Positions 9,645 to 20,272 of a stretch of 64,000 nt of DNA are shown here, one piece after another (position 1 is the stretch's first letter; each line of letters starts with the position of its first letter). Source of the DNA: Deltaproteobacteria bacterium (GTDB lineage: Bacteria > Desulfobacterota > Binatia > DP-6). The notes under the pieces were generated by a model that saw nothing but the letters and a program-made list of their open reading frames with translations, had not been told where the DNA came from and did no database searches. A program made the translations under genes and the position numbers. Location: NCBI GenBank assembly GCA_005879585.1, contig VBKG01000312.1, positions 4,400 to 68,399 on the forward strand, written 5' to 3'.

Positions 9645-10330
9645 GCGCGCCAGCTCCGCAGCTCGGCCGTGACGCGCGCACCGTCGTCGTCCACGACCAC
9701 GTATCCTCCGTCGCGCAGCGCGCCCGGATTCAGCACGACGGTGCGGCCCAGGTGGTCGATCCCGCGGCCTTCGTGGATGTGGCCGACGACGGCGACGTCG
9801 GGCTGGCGTCGCTCGATGAAGGTCCGCACGGCGGGGCTGCCGACGGGCGTCCCGTTCATCAGGCAGTCGAGGCGGGTGTCGTAGGGCGGGGTGTGACAGA
9901 CGAGTAGCCGACGGGGCGCGTCTGCTACCGTGGCGTGTGCCTGCTCGAGGATCGTCGCGAGTTCGTCCTCCTGGAGCTCCGTCGGCGTGTCCATTGGCGT
10001 GATGTTGGAGCCGCCGCACCCGAAGACGGCGAGGCCGCCGAGTCGCCGCCCCTCGCCGTGCAGCGAGATGCCGTCGGCGCGGAATGCGTCGATGACCCAC
10101 GGCATGTCGAGGTTGCCGGTCACGGCGAGCACGGTAGGGCAGTGCTGCCGGACCGCGTCGACCACGCGGAACGCATCGGGCGGGTCGCCGAAGTTGGTGA
10201 GGTCGCCCGTCAGGACGGCGCAGTCGGCTTCGCGGAGCACGGGACCGAGCCGCTCGATCGCCCGAAAGGCCATGTGGATGTCACCGAAGCAGACGAGCCG
10301 CACCGGCCCCGTTTTTAGCCGCCGGCCCAC
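9641..10330 (-). CDS. Metallophosphoesterase (calcineurin-like)
   Basis: GDIH, GDLTNFG, GNLD and GHIH metal-binding motifs. Confidence 0.8.
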   Translation of the reverse strand: MGRRLKTGPVRLVCFGDIHMAFRAIERLGPVLREADCAVLTGDLTNFGDPPDAFRVVDAVRQHCPTVLAVTGNLDMPWVIDAFRADGISLHGEGRRLGGLAVFGCGGSNITPMDTPTELQEDELATILEQAHATVADAPRRLLVCHTPPYDTRLDCLMNGTPVGSPAVRTFIERRQPDVAVVGHIHEGRGIDHLGRTVVLNPGALRDGGYVVVDDDGARVTAELRSWRA

Positions 10331-10543
10331 GTCGTCGCAACGCGGCGCGTATCGTCGGGATGAGCGCGGGCTAGTTTCGCGCCACGCTGATGCGAGCGAT
10401 TTCGTCCTGACTCAGGAGAAGCGTGCGCGCGTTCCAGTTCTCTTCGAGGTGCTCGTCGGTCATGACGGCGGTCGAAAATTCGCGAGGCGCGAGCGTTCTC
10501 TTCTAGCGCGAGGGCCGCCCCGCATGGTAGGGTCGGCGGCCCG

Positions 10544-10756
10544 GTGGGCGAGGTCATCGCGTTCGAGGAGCTCGTGCGGATGCGGCGCCGTCGCGTGGCG
10601 CTCGCCGTCCACGCGCGCTGTCGCTTGATCCTCGCCGATTCCGTGGCGGCCGCCCGTGACGCGCTGGTGACGGCGCCGGCGAGCGACCGTCTCGTGCGGC
10701 TCGCCCGCCTGCGCAAGCTCGAAGAACTCGAGGAGTACGCGAGCGCACTCGGATAG
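10544..10756 (+). CDS. Small hypothetical protein
   Basis: 70-aa ORF 37 nt upstream of rmuC on the same strand. Confidence 0.35.
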   Translation: MGEVIAFEELVRMRRRRVALAVHARCRLILADSVAAARDALVTAPASDRLVRLARLRKLEELEEYASALG

Positions 10757-10792
10757 GCACACCCGGGCGGCGCCGAGGGGAGAGGAGGGGCG

Positions 10793-11893
10793 ATGGTGAC
10801 GCAGGCCGGGCTCGTGGTCGTGCTCGCGATACTGGTGCTCGCGATCGCGGTGGCGGTCTTGGTCGCCGCCCGACGGGGAGGAGCCCTCGGGCTCGTGCAG
10901 CAGCAGCTCGAGGCGCTGCGCACGCAGGTCGGCCAGGCGCTCGGCGGGCAGGCGGAGCTCCTCGGGCAGGAGATCGGCCGCCTGACGGCGCAGCTGAACG
11001 AGCGGCTCCGCGAGAGCGGCGAGCTCGTGCAGCGCTCGCAGACCTCCGTCGGCGAGCGCCTCGACCACACCGCCCGCGTCGTGGGCGAGGTGCAGCAGGG
11101 GCTCGGCGAGCTGCGCGAGGCGACGGCGCGCGTCCGCGACATCGGCCGCGACGTCGTCTCGCTGCACGACATCCTGCGGGCGCCGAAGCTGCGCGGCGGT
11201 CTCGGCGAGCTCCTGCTGGGCGACCTGCTCGCGCAGGTGCTGCCGGCGCGCCACTTCACCTTGCAGCACACGTTCCAGAACGGCGAACGCGTGGACGCCG
11301 TCGTCCGGCTCGGGCCGGCGCTGGTCCCGGTCGACGCCAAGTTCCCGCTCGAGGACTTCCGCCGGCTGCTCGAAGCGGGCGACGACGAGACCCGGACGCG
11401 GGCGCGGCGGGCGTTCGTCGCCCGCGTCCGCAAGCACATTGACGACGTCGCCACCAAGTACATCCTCCCCGACGAGGGCACGTACGACTTCGCGCTGATG
11501 TACGTCCCCGCCGAGAACGTCTACTACGAGGCCATCGTGCGCGACGACGGCGGGAACGACCGCGAGCTCTCTGCCTACGCCCTCGAGCGGAAGGTGATTC
11601 CCGTCTCGCCGAACTGCTTCTACGCCTACCTCCAGGCGATCGTGCTCGGGCTCCGCGGACTCCGGATCGAGGCGCGCGCGCAGGAGGTCGTGGGACAGCT
11701 CGCGCGGCTGGCGGGCGACCTCGGACGGCTGCAGGACGATTTCCGCGTGCTCGGCCGTCACGTGACCAACGCGGCGCAGGCACATGCCGCGGCCGATCGC
11801 CGCCTCGATCGCCTGACCGCGAAGCTCGCCGAGATCGCGGCCGACGAGAATGCGGAAGAGCCCGAGCAGCAGCCCCTGCTCCGGGCGCAGTGA
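10793..11893 (+). CDS. rmuC: DNA recombination protein RmuC
   Basis: N-terminal TM helix, long coiled coil, conserved RmuC C-terminal nuclease-like region (MYVPAENVYYE, PVSPNCFYAYLQAIVLG). Confidence 0.9.
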   Translation: MVTQAGLVVVLAILVLAIAVAVLVAARRGGALGLVQQQLEALRTQVGQALGGQAELLGQEIGRLTAQLNERLRESGELVQRSQTSVGERLDHTARVVGEVQQGLGELREATARVRDIGRDVVSLHDILRAPKLRGGLGELLLGDLLAQVLPARHFTLQHTFQNGERVDAVVRLGPALVPVDAKFPLEDFRRLLEAGDDETRTRARRAFVARVRKHIDDVATKYILPDEGTYDFALMYVPAENVYYEAIVRDDGGNDRELSAYALERKVIPVSPNCFYAYLQAIVLGLRGLRIEARAQEVVGQLARLAGDLGRLQDDFRVLGRHVTNAAQAHAAADRRLDRLTAKLAEIAADENAEEPEQQPLLRAQ

Positions 11894-11905
11894 CGGAGGG
11901 CAAGG

Positions 11906-13054
11906 ATGATCAGTGTCCCGGCGATCCGCCTTCACCAGTTCGGCGTCGTGCTCTACCAGGCGATCCTCGGCGCCCGCGACGTCGACCGGCTCGTCCGCTT
12001 CGAGGTGCTCTCCTACGAGGGGGGCGACGCGGCGCACGGCGCCCGGCCGGGCAGCGGCAAGCGCAAGGGGAAGGCGAAGCCGTCGCGCGTGAACTGGGAG
12101 CTCCTCGAGAAGCGCATCGCGGCCAGCGCCGAGGCATACCAGCGGCCGGTCATCCGCAAGAAGATCTCCGACCTCGTCGAATACTACCTCCAGTGCTCGG
12201 AGATCGGGAACCTGCCGGCGATCCCCGGGGCGGTCCTGCTGGTGGCGGACCGGCGGCTCGAGTTCACGCCGACCAGCTCGCATCGTGTGCTGGGCGTGCT
12301 CGAGATCCCCGGCGAGGAGGGCGCGCTGCGTGCGCTCGACGGCCAGCACCGGCTGCTCGCGCTGCACCAGATGATCACGGCGGGGCAGGCGGAGGAGGTG
12401 CAGGTGCCCGCCGTCGTGTTCGACCGCCTGACGCCCGATCAGGTCGTCGAGCTGTTCGTCACGATCAACGCCAAGCACACCAAGCTGAATCCGTCGCACC
12501 TGATCAGCCTCGCCGGCCGGCGCCTCTACCCGGACCCGGAGCTCGCGGCGAGCCACGACATCATCCGTGCGCTCAACGAGCACGGCGATTCGCCGTTGCA
12601 CGGCGAGATCAAGATCTTCGGCGTCGGGCACGGCCGCGTCGCGCAGGCGCCGCTCGCGGAGGAGCTGAAGGGCATCTTCACCGCCCTCGACGCGCTCGGG
12701 GGACGGCAATCGGATCGGTTCCGCGACACCGCCCAACGGTTCTTCCTCAACTACTTCAAGCAGATCGCGCGTGTCTTTCCGCGTGCCTGGGTTGGACGCA
12801 AGTACAGCATCAAGACCGGCACCGCGTTGCGAGCGTTCCTGCGCGTGGTGCCCGACGTGTTGAACGCGATCCGCAGGAACGGCGGCGACGTGCTCGATGC
12901 GCACGCGATCGGGCGCGTGATCGCGCCGTGGGGCGAGCTCGTCGGCGACAGCCGCTTCGAGACCGAGAGCGAATGGCGCCAGAAGCAGGCAGGCGGCACG
13001 CGCGGCACGGTCGAGATGCTGGCGCGCGAGCTACGGGCGGCGCTCCGCGGCTGA
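11906..13054 (+). CDS. DGQHR-domain protein (DndB-like, ParB/Srx superfamily)
   Basis: Literal DGQHR motif (ALDGQHRLLALHQ); 382 aa; 12 nt after the rmuC stop. Confidence 0.85.
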   Translation: MISVPAIRLHQFGVVLYQAILGARDVDRLVRFEVLSYEGGDAAHGARPGSGKRKGKAKPSRVNWELLEKRIAASAEAYQRPVIRKKISDLVEYYLQCSEIGNLPAIPGAVLLVADRRLEFTPTSSHRVLGVLEIPGEEGALRALDGQHRLLALHQMITAGQAEEVQVPAVVFDRLTPDQVVELFVTINAKHTKLNPSHLISLAGRRLYPDPELAASHDIIRALNEHGDSPLHGEIKIFGVGHGRVAQAPLAEELKGIFTALDALGGRQSDRFRDTAQRFFLNYFKQIARVFPRAWVGRKYSIKTGTALRAFLRVVPDVLNAIRRNGGDVLDAHAIGRVIAPWGELVGDSRFETESEWRQKQAGGTRGTVEMLARELRAALRG

Positions 13055-13067
13055 GCTCGAGCACCGC

Positions 13068-13781
13068 ATGCGCGAGGAGCACCTTCTCTACGACCTCCGC
13101 GATTCGCCCTTCTGCATGAAGGCCCGGATCTGTCTCCACCTGAAGGGCGTCTCGTACCGGACGGTGACGGTGACCGCCCGGCGCTACCGCGAGCTGCGGC
13201 GGCTGAATCCGCTCGGCAAGGTGCCCGTGCTCGTGCACGACGGCGAGGTGATCGCCGATTCGAGCAGCATCGCGCGCTGGGCCGACACGCGCTATCCCGA
13301 TCCGGTTCTCATCCCTGACCAACCCGAGGCGCGCGCGTACTGTCTCCTCATGGAGGAATGGGCCGACGAGGCGCTCTACTTCATCGTCGGCGCGTTCAAG
13401 TGGCTGAACCCCGTGAACCGCAACGCCGCGCTGACGAATACCGTGACGGACATCACCACCGGCGCGCTGGCGCCGCTCGTCGGTTGGACGCTCGCGCGGC
13501 GCATCCGGCGGCGGTACGCGGCGTGGGGATACACACCCGCTCGCCTCGACGCGCTCGAGGCGCGCATGCGCCAGAACCTCGAGGTGCTCGCGGCGCTGCT
13601 CGCTGACCGGCCGTTTCTGCTCGGGCGGTCGGCGTCACTCGCCGACGTCGCCACGTTCGCCCAGCTGAGCTGGATGCGACGCTACGCCGAGGCGCGGCTC
13701 CTCGACGACGTTCCGAACGTCGTCGACTGGCTCGATCGGCTCGCGTCGTCGCCGCCGGTCGCTGCCGCGTTGTCGGCTTGA
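13068..13781 (+). CDS. Glutathione S-transferase family protein
   Basis: Thioredoxin-like N-domain with KVPVLVHDGEVIADSSSI plus helical C-domain. Confidence 0.85.
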   Translation: MREEHLLYDLRDSPFCMKARICLHLKGVSYRTVTVTARRYRELRRLNPLGKVPVLVHDGEVIADSSSIARWADTRYPDPVLIPDQPEARAYCLLMEEWADEALYFIVGAFKWLNPVNRNAALTNTVTDITTGALAPLVGWTLARRIRRRYAAWGYTPARLDALEARMRQNLEVLAALLADRPFLLGRSASLADVATFAQLSWMRRYAEARLLDDVPNVVDWLDRLASSPPVAAALSA

Positions 13782-13813
13782 CCCTTCCGGAGGCCCGTGT
13801 CAGAAGCCCGCGC

Positions 13814-14119
13814 ATGGCCAACTTCGTGAAAGCCGCCGATGCCGGCGAAGTCGCGCCGGGCACGGGAAAATGCGTGACGGTCAACGGGAAGGAGATCGCG
13901 CTGTTCAACGTCGGCGGCGTCTTTCATGCGATCGACAACACGTGTCTCCATCGCGGCGGCCCGCTCGGCGAAGGCGAGCTCGACGGCACGACGGTCACCT
14001 GTCCGTGGCACGGCTGGCAGTACAACGTGACCACCGGCCGAAACATCATGGATGAAAGCGAAGGCGTCGATCGCTACGAGGTGAAGGTGGAAGGCGGCGC
14101 CGTGCTGATCGCCGTCTGA
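13814..14119 (+). CDS. Rieske [2Fe-2S] domain protein (NirD-like)
   Basis: CLHRGGPL..CPWHGW Rieske motifs; ATG 13814. Confidence 0.85.
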   Translation: MANFVKAADAGEVAPGTGKCVTVNGKEIALFNVGGVFHAIDNTCLHRGGPLGEGELDGTTVTCPWHGWQYNVTTGRNIMDESEGVDRYEVKVEGGAVLIAV

Positions 14120-14123
14120 CGCG

Positions 14124-15104
<981 letters not shown>

Positions 15105-15341
15105 GGTCACGGCCCGATCCACCAGCGGCTGGCGTGGACCTGGACGGCGTCGAACGGCATCACGCCGGCGACGATAACACGCGAAGCGACGGCGGCGCCA
15201 TGCAGGTCGCGCTTCCGCATCCGCGGGAGATGCTCGGTCCGACGAATGCGTCGCACCATCTGGACGCCGACCGCGCGCCGGGGGTAAAAGGCGCCGAGCT
15301 CGACGTGCGGGCCGGCCTCGACGCCCGCGGAGGAGGAAGGG

Positions 15342-16677
15342 ATGGCGGTGGGTCGAACGGTCGGTCGCAACGAGCCGTGCCCGTGCGGAAGCGGCAGGAA
15401 GCACAAGCGGTGCTGTCTCGCCGCCGGCGTGGAGATCGACGGCGGCGTGGGCGGACTTCCGCGGCCTGGAGGCCCACGAGCCGACCCCGTCCGACGAATC
15501 GGAGTTCGAGCAGCTCTTCATCCCGTGGCTCGTCTTCAACTGGACGGCCGACCCGGACGACGCCGAGACTCCGGACGACTGGCCCGACAGGCCGCTCGCG
15601 CTCGCCTGCCTGGAGCGGGAGCCCTCCCGATTCGACACGTTCGCGCGCCGCTTCCTCGAGGTTGCATGCGCGCGGCCCTACAGCTTCTACGTCGTCACCC
15701 GGGTAGAGCGGGGCCGGAGCCTCGGGCTGCGGGACGTCATCACGGGACGGGAGTTCGACGTCCTCGAACGCCAGGCGACGGCGCAGGCAGAGGCGGGCCT
15801 TCTCCTCTTCACCCGCGTCGTGCCGCTCGACGGCGCTGCCATCATGGTCGGTGGCGCGCCGCTGCTGATACCGCCGACCTACCGCCTGCGGCTGATCGAG
15901 CTCCGCGAGGACATGGCCGCGGGTGGCATGCCGGACGAGAGCGCCTTGCACGACTGGGACATCGTGCTCCGGGAGACCTACTTCGGGATCAAGCACGAGG
16001 TGTACCACCCGCGCCCGCCGGAGCTTCGCAACACCGACGGCGAGCCGCTCCTCCCGACCACGCTCCACTTCGTGCTGGCCTGCTCGCCGCGCGAGGCCTT
16101 CGATCGCCTCAAGTCCCTCGCCCTCGAGGCGTCCGATGAAGAGCTGCTCACCGATTCCACCCGCGATCCGGCGGGCGAGCTGCGCGCCGTGCGGTTCCCC
16201 TGGCTCAAGCGGGGCAACGCGCAGCACCGGAGCTGGGACAACACGATCATGGGGCACATCGCCATCGACGCGAGCGCTCTCGTGGTCGAGGTGAACTCCG
16301 AGCGGCGCGCGCGCGAGGTCCGCGCCGAGGTGGAGAAGCGGCTCGGCGACCTCGCGGTACTGCAGACGAGCGTCGCTGAGCCGCTGGCCCCCCAGCTCGA
16401 GGAGGCGCGTGCGGAGCGGGAGCCGAAGGGTCGCCTCGAGGAACCGCCCGAGATGCGCGAGGCGCTGCGACACTTCATCGCCGAGCACTGGGAGAGCTGG
16501 CTCGACGAGAAGGTCCCGGCGCTCCGCTTCGAGACCCCGCGCGAGGCGGTGCGGAGTCCGGAGGGTCGAGAGCGGCTGGAGGCGCTGCTCGCCCAGTTCG
16601 AGTGGCAGGGCAGGCGCGCTCCCGAGCCCGAGCTCGCACCCGACGTCGCGGCCCTGCGGGCACGGCTGGGGCTGTAG
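15342..16677 (+). CDS. SEC-C motif protein, apparently frameshifted (+1) after the SEC-C motif
   Basis: Strong RBS GGAGGAGGAAGGG before ATG 15342; N-terminal [13 protein letters not shown] in frame 0; protein-like sequence then continues only in frame +1 from about 15440 to 16677, with no start codon in that frame before 15820. Confidence 0.6.
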
Positions 16678-16689
16678 CTCCGGGGGGAC

Positions 16690-17110
16690 GTCGGGCGCGC
16701 GCCGGTTCCGCACACGCCGGCCTGGACCCTGGTGCGTGGCGACGACAGTGCAGCGCTCCTGCGTCGAGGCCAGCGCCTTGTGCACCTCGCGCGGCGTCGT
16801 GAGCACCCGGGCATGATATCTGTCGATCATGCCGATGGGCGGCGACGCGTGCGGCCGCGGCGCGCGCCTCGGTCGCGAGCTGGCTCGGGCTCGCCGCCCA
16901 TGCCGACGCGTTTCGGCTTTCGCGGGCGATCTTCGCTGCCCGGGATGTTCGCAACGTCGGCAAGCGGCTCCTCGTCGCCCGGCTTCGCCATGAACCGCGA
17001 GCATGCCATGGTCCTCGACGTGGCGCGGAAAGCCCTGCCCGTGCGGATCATCGATGAGCGTCCCGTGAGGCCGGCGGTGGGCAGATGGCCCAGGAGGTCG
17101 CGCGCGTTCG
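16690..17110 (-). pseudogene. Decayed partial copy of the IS200-like transposase
   Basis: Minus strand encodes ..EDHGMLAVHGEAG..PPIGMIDRYHARVLTTPREVHKALA, paralleling QDDHVHLIAEAEH..WDDRYHARALATPREVHNALA of the intact copy; about 85% DNA identity at 16770-16830 vs 17340-17400. Confidence 0.5.
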
Positions 17111-17129
17111 ACGCAAGCGCCCCGCGATG

Positions 17130-17801
17130 TCATCCCCTCTTTGGCCGCCCGTCCGCGACGATCAGCCCGTGTCGCTGCCAACCGATCCGGGCGAGCCAGG
17201 TATGCGCGACTGCGACAGGCCGCGGCCCGCTTTGGTCCGCCGACCGCGGCGGGCGCCAGCCGGCAAACCAGGGAGCTGAAGAGCATGGATCGATATCGGC
17301 TCCGGTGTGGCCGTGTCGCCGGAAGTTCAGCAGCACATAGGCGAGCGCGTTGTGCACCTCGCGGGGCGTCGCGAGCGCCCGGGCGTGATACCTGTCGTCC
17401 CAGACTCTTCCGCGCCGGCCGAGAGCGCGGTTTATCGCGTGGGCAAGGCGGATCGCCAGGCCGCGGACGCCGCTCGCGAGCGCCCGCGTGTGCTCGGCCT
17501 CGGCGATCAGATGGACGTGGTCGTCCTGGACTGAAAATTCGACGATCCGGAAGTCGGCGTGTGAGGAGACGGCGAGCGCGCGGCGGACGGATGGGAACAC
17601 CCGGTCGCACCGAAGGCAGCGGATGGCTGTGACCGCGCGCAGCGTCACGTGCACGGGATGGGTGGCGACATGCTGAGGCCGACCCCGATGCGGCACCCCA
17701 GGCCGGCGTCCGGGCGTCCGTTTCCGGCCGGCACCGGGGCGGCGCCCGCCCCACGTGCGGGCGAGGATCGCGAGAGTGAGTTGAGCGGGACGCCGGGCCA
17801 T
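17130..17801 (-). CDS. IS200/IS605-family Y1 (HuH) transposase, long form (COG1943 / RAYT-like)
   Basis: 223 aa; HuH motif DDHVHLIAEAEH and catalytic-Tyr region WDDRYHARAL; AT-rich promoter patch upstream. Confidence 0.8.
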   Translation of the reverse strand: MARRPAQLTLAILARTWGGRRPGAGRKRTPGRRPGVPHRGRPQHVATHPVHVTLRAVTAIRCLRCDRVFPSVRRALAVSSHADFRIVEFSVQDDHVHLIAEAEHTRALASGVRGLAIRLAHAINRALGRRGRVWDDRYHARALATPREVHNALAYVLLNFRRHGHTGADIDPCSSAPWFAGWRPPRSADQSGPRPVAVAHTWLARIGWQRHGLIVADGRPKRG

Positions 17802-18133
17802 GAACTTGATTAGGCTAATACCATTCTACGTTTGCGTTGTCAAGAGGCGGCGGACGTGGGGCGCGTGCTATCTCGGAAATCATAAGATCAGGCGACCTGA
17901 GACTCGCCGGATTTCGAGGCCGGCCCGCAATGCAGACGTCGGAGGATCGGCGTAGGCCGCCGCGGGCGGCGAGCTGTCACGCGTCGCACGGCGCGCGACG
18001 CTGCCGGCCTTCCGCCGCTCGGCGTCGCGGTCCCCCTGATCGTGACGGCGCTGTCGCTTGGACACCGTGGGCGCAATCGCGCTCCGCCCTGGACCCTTCG
18101 CGCGCGGGCGCCGCCGTCAACAGGCCCGCGTGT

Positions 18134-19033
18134 CTACGACTTCCGGAACCGCGGCGGGCGCTTCTCTAAAAAGGCCTTGCGGCCTTCCTCGGCCTCTTCC
18201 GTCCCGTAGTAGAGCTCGAGCGCGCTGAAGCCGAGCTCGGTGATGCCGCCGAGCTGCTCCGTGTCCGCATTGAACGACTGCTTTGCGAGCCTGAGTGCCG
18301 TCGGGCTCTTCTCGAGGAGCTCGCGGCACCAGCGTTCCGTCTCGGTACGAAGTTGCGCGGCCGGGACGACGGCGTTGACGAGGCCCATCGCGAGCGCCTC
18401 CTGCGCCGTGTACTGCCGGCAGAGGTACCAGATCTCCCGCGCCTTCTTCTCGCCGACGATGCGCGCCAGGTACGCGGTGCCGAACCCCGGATCGACGCTG
18501 CCCACGCGTGGCCCGACCTGTCCGAAGATCGCCGTGTCGGCGGCAATCGACAGGTCGCACAGCACGTGGAGCACGTGACCGCCGCCGATCGCGAAGCCGT
18601 TGACCATCGCGATCACGGGCTTTGGAATCGCGCGGATCACTCCGTGAAGCCCGTGGACGTCCATGCCGAGGCCGCTGGCGCCGCCGTAGCCGCTCGTGCC
18701 GCGCTCGCGCTGGTCGCCGCCGGCGGAGAAGGCCTTGTCGCCCGCGCCGGTCAGCACGGCCACGCCGACCGCGCGATCGGCCCAGGCGGCGCGGAAGGCG
18801 CGGATCAGCTCGTCGACGGTCTGGGAACGAAACGCATTCCGCACGTCGGGGCGGTTGATCGTGATCCATGCGATCCCGTCGCGCGCGTCGTAGAGGATGT
18901 CTTCGAAGGTCACGCGCTTCCCTTCAGCCAGCCGTGGGCCCTTGTCAACACGGGGCGGCGAGCGCAAGGTGTCGCGACGACGATGCTCGAGACGGCGCTC
19001 CACGCGCACCTCGCGGCCCGCGGCGCGACCCAC
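18134..19033 (-). CDS. menB: 1,4-dihydroxy-2-naphthoyl-CoA synthase-like crotonase (MenB family)
   Basis: [26 protein letters not shown] is typical of MenB; maximal ORF given, true start probably internal (TTG 18967 or GTG 18913), which would leave a divergent promoter gap before the next gene. Confidence 0.8.
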   Translation of the reverse strand: MGRAAGREVRVERRLEHRRRDTLRSPPRVDKGPRLAEGKRVTFEDILYDARDGIAWITINRPDVRNAFRSQTVDELIRAFRAAWADRAVGVAVLTGAGDKAFSAGGDQRERGTSGYGGASGLGMDVHGLHGVIRAIPKPVIAMVNGFAIGGGHVLHVLCDLSIAADTAIFGQVGPRVGSVDPGFGTAYLARIVGEKKAREIWYLCRQYTAQEALAMGLVNAVVPAAQLRTETERWCRELLEKSPTALRLAKQSFNADTEQLGGITELGFSALELYYGTEEAEEGRKAFLEKRPPRFRKS

Positions 19034-20023
19034 GCGGACGACCGTGGCGTCCTCTTACCGCGTCAGTTCGGCGACGCCGCCGGCGAGTACCGAGCGCTCC
19101 GCGAAGGCGCGGCGCTCGTCGACCTCGGCTTCCGTACCGTGCTCCATGCACGCGGTGCCGACCGCGTGACGTTCCTCCAGGGTATGTTGTCCAACGACGT
19201 GGCGGCGCTCCGGCCCGGCGACGGGTGTCCGGCTCTGCTCCTCACCATCCAGGGACGCGTCGTCGCCGACGCGCGCGTGGCGGCGACCGACGACGCGCTG
19301 CTCCTCGACGTCGACGTGCGTGCCCGCGAGGCCTTCGTCGAGGCCCTCGAGCGCCTGATCGTCGCCGACGACGTCGAGCTGGTCACGCCCGAGACCAGGG
19401 TCGCGCTCGTCGGCGTCGAAGGGCCGGACGCGGAGCGCCTCGTCGGCCGGCCGCTCGCCCCGTATGCGCACGCCGAGACGGACGTCACCGGCATCGCGGT
19501 CCGTGCGGTGCGCGCGAGCGAGGTGCGCGGTTCCGGCGTTGTGTTTCACGTCGCCGCCGAACGAGCTCCTGCACTCTGGGACGCGCTCGTGGCGCGCGGC
19601 GCACGGCCATGTGGCATGGACGCGCTCGAGGGCCGCCGGGTGGAGGTCGGGGTGCCGCGGGTGGGGCTCGACATGGACCTCGGCACGCTCGCGCTCGAGG
19701 TGCCCGTCGACGAGGCGCTGAGCGCCACCAAGGGTTGCTATCTCGGCCAGGAGGTCGTGGCGCGCGGGACCGCGCGCGGCCACGTGAACCGCAAGCTCAC
19801 CGGCCTGCTGATCGACGGCCCGGTGCCGCCGGGCGGCGTGCCGCTCGTGCGCGAGGGGAAGGAAGCCGGCCGGCTCACGACGGTCGCGTGGGCTTTCGGC
19901 GCCGGCGCGCCCGCCGCTCTCGGGTTCGTCCGGCGGGAGCATTGGGAACCGGGGACGGAGCTGCGTGTCGAGCACGGCCATGCGGTGACCCTCGTCCGCG
20001 TCGCCGCGCTGCCACTCGCCTAG
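18983..20023 (+). CDS. GcvT-family folate-binding protein (YgfZ-like)
   Basis: 346 aa from ATG 18983; aminomethyltransferase fold with a C-terminal barrel. Confidence 0.75.
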   Translation: MLETALHAHLAARGATHADDRGVLLPRQFGDAAGEYRALREGAALVDLGFRTVLHARGADRVTFLQGMLSNDVAALRPGDGCPALLLTIQGRVVADARVAATDDALLLDVDVRAREAFVEALERLIVADDVELVTPETRVALVGVEGPDAERLVGRPLAPYAHAETDVTGIAVRAVRASEVRGSGVVFHVAAERAPALWDALVARGARPCGMDALEGRRVEVGVPRVGLDMDLGTLALEVPVDEALSATKGCYLGQEVVARGTARGHVNRKLTGLLIDGPVPPGGVPLVREGKEAGRLTTVAWAFGAGAPAALGFVRREHWEPGTELRVEHGHAVTLVRVAALPLA

Positions 20024-20061
20024 GCTTCCCCGTCCGGCGGCTTTCTGGTACGGGACCGCCC

Positions 20062-20205
20062 ATGGCGATGCAGCTCGGCAAGCGGTACCTCTGCGACACC
20101 TGCGGCACGGAGGTCCTCTGCAACAAGCCGGGCGGGGGCGGCCTCACGTGCTGCGGTCACGAGATGAAGCTGAAGGAAGCGAAGCCGCTTCCGTCCTCCG
20201 ACTGA
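20062..20205 (+). CDS. Desulforedoxin-like mini-protein
   Basis: 47 aa; GKRYLCDTCGTEVLCNKPGGGGLTCCGHEM matches desulforedoxin [30 protein letters not shown]; hidden in the tail of a spurious long ORF. Confidence 0.7.
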   Translation: MAMQLGKRYLCDTCGTEVLCNKPGGGGLTCCGHEMKLKEAKPLPSSD

Positions 20206-20272
20206 CCGCCGCCGAGACGCTCGTCGAGAACGCACGGGTCGTGACGCTGACACTCGTCGGCGGCAGGGTGGC

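Larger units (their letters stand above)
16690..17840 (-). mobile_element. IS200/IS605-like transposase region (intact gene plus remnant); element ends not defined
   Basis: Intact Y1 transposase with an adjacent degenerate tandem partial copy. Confidence 0.4.

Noticed and set aside
10370-10462. Apparent small ORF upstream of the phosphoesterase operon
   Set aside because: On careful translation it is only 16 codons (MTDEHLEGTGTRARFS); no RBS; not credible.
10460-12904. 814-aa minus-strand ORF antisense to rmuC and the DGQHR gene
   Set aside because: Antisense to two homology-supported genes; repetitive RDLGE-type composition.
15160-17754. 864-aa minus-strand ORF spanning the SEC-C gene, transposase remnant and transposase
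   Set aside because: Arg/Pro/Ala-rich and antisense to or overlapping several well-supported genes; a typical open-frame artefact of 70% GC. Only short windows of it (the transposase-remnant frame) are meaningful.
17837-18169. 110-aa plus-strand ORF in the transposase promoter region
   Set aside because: Arg-rich, spans the AT-rich promoter patch and the divergent 3' end of the MenB-like gene; no support.
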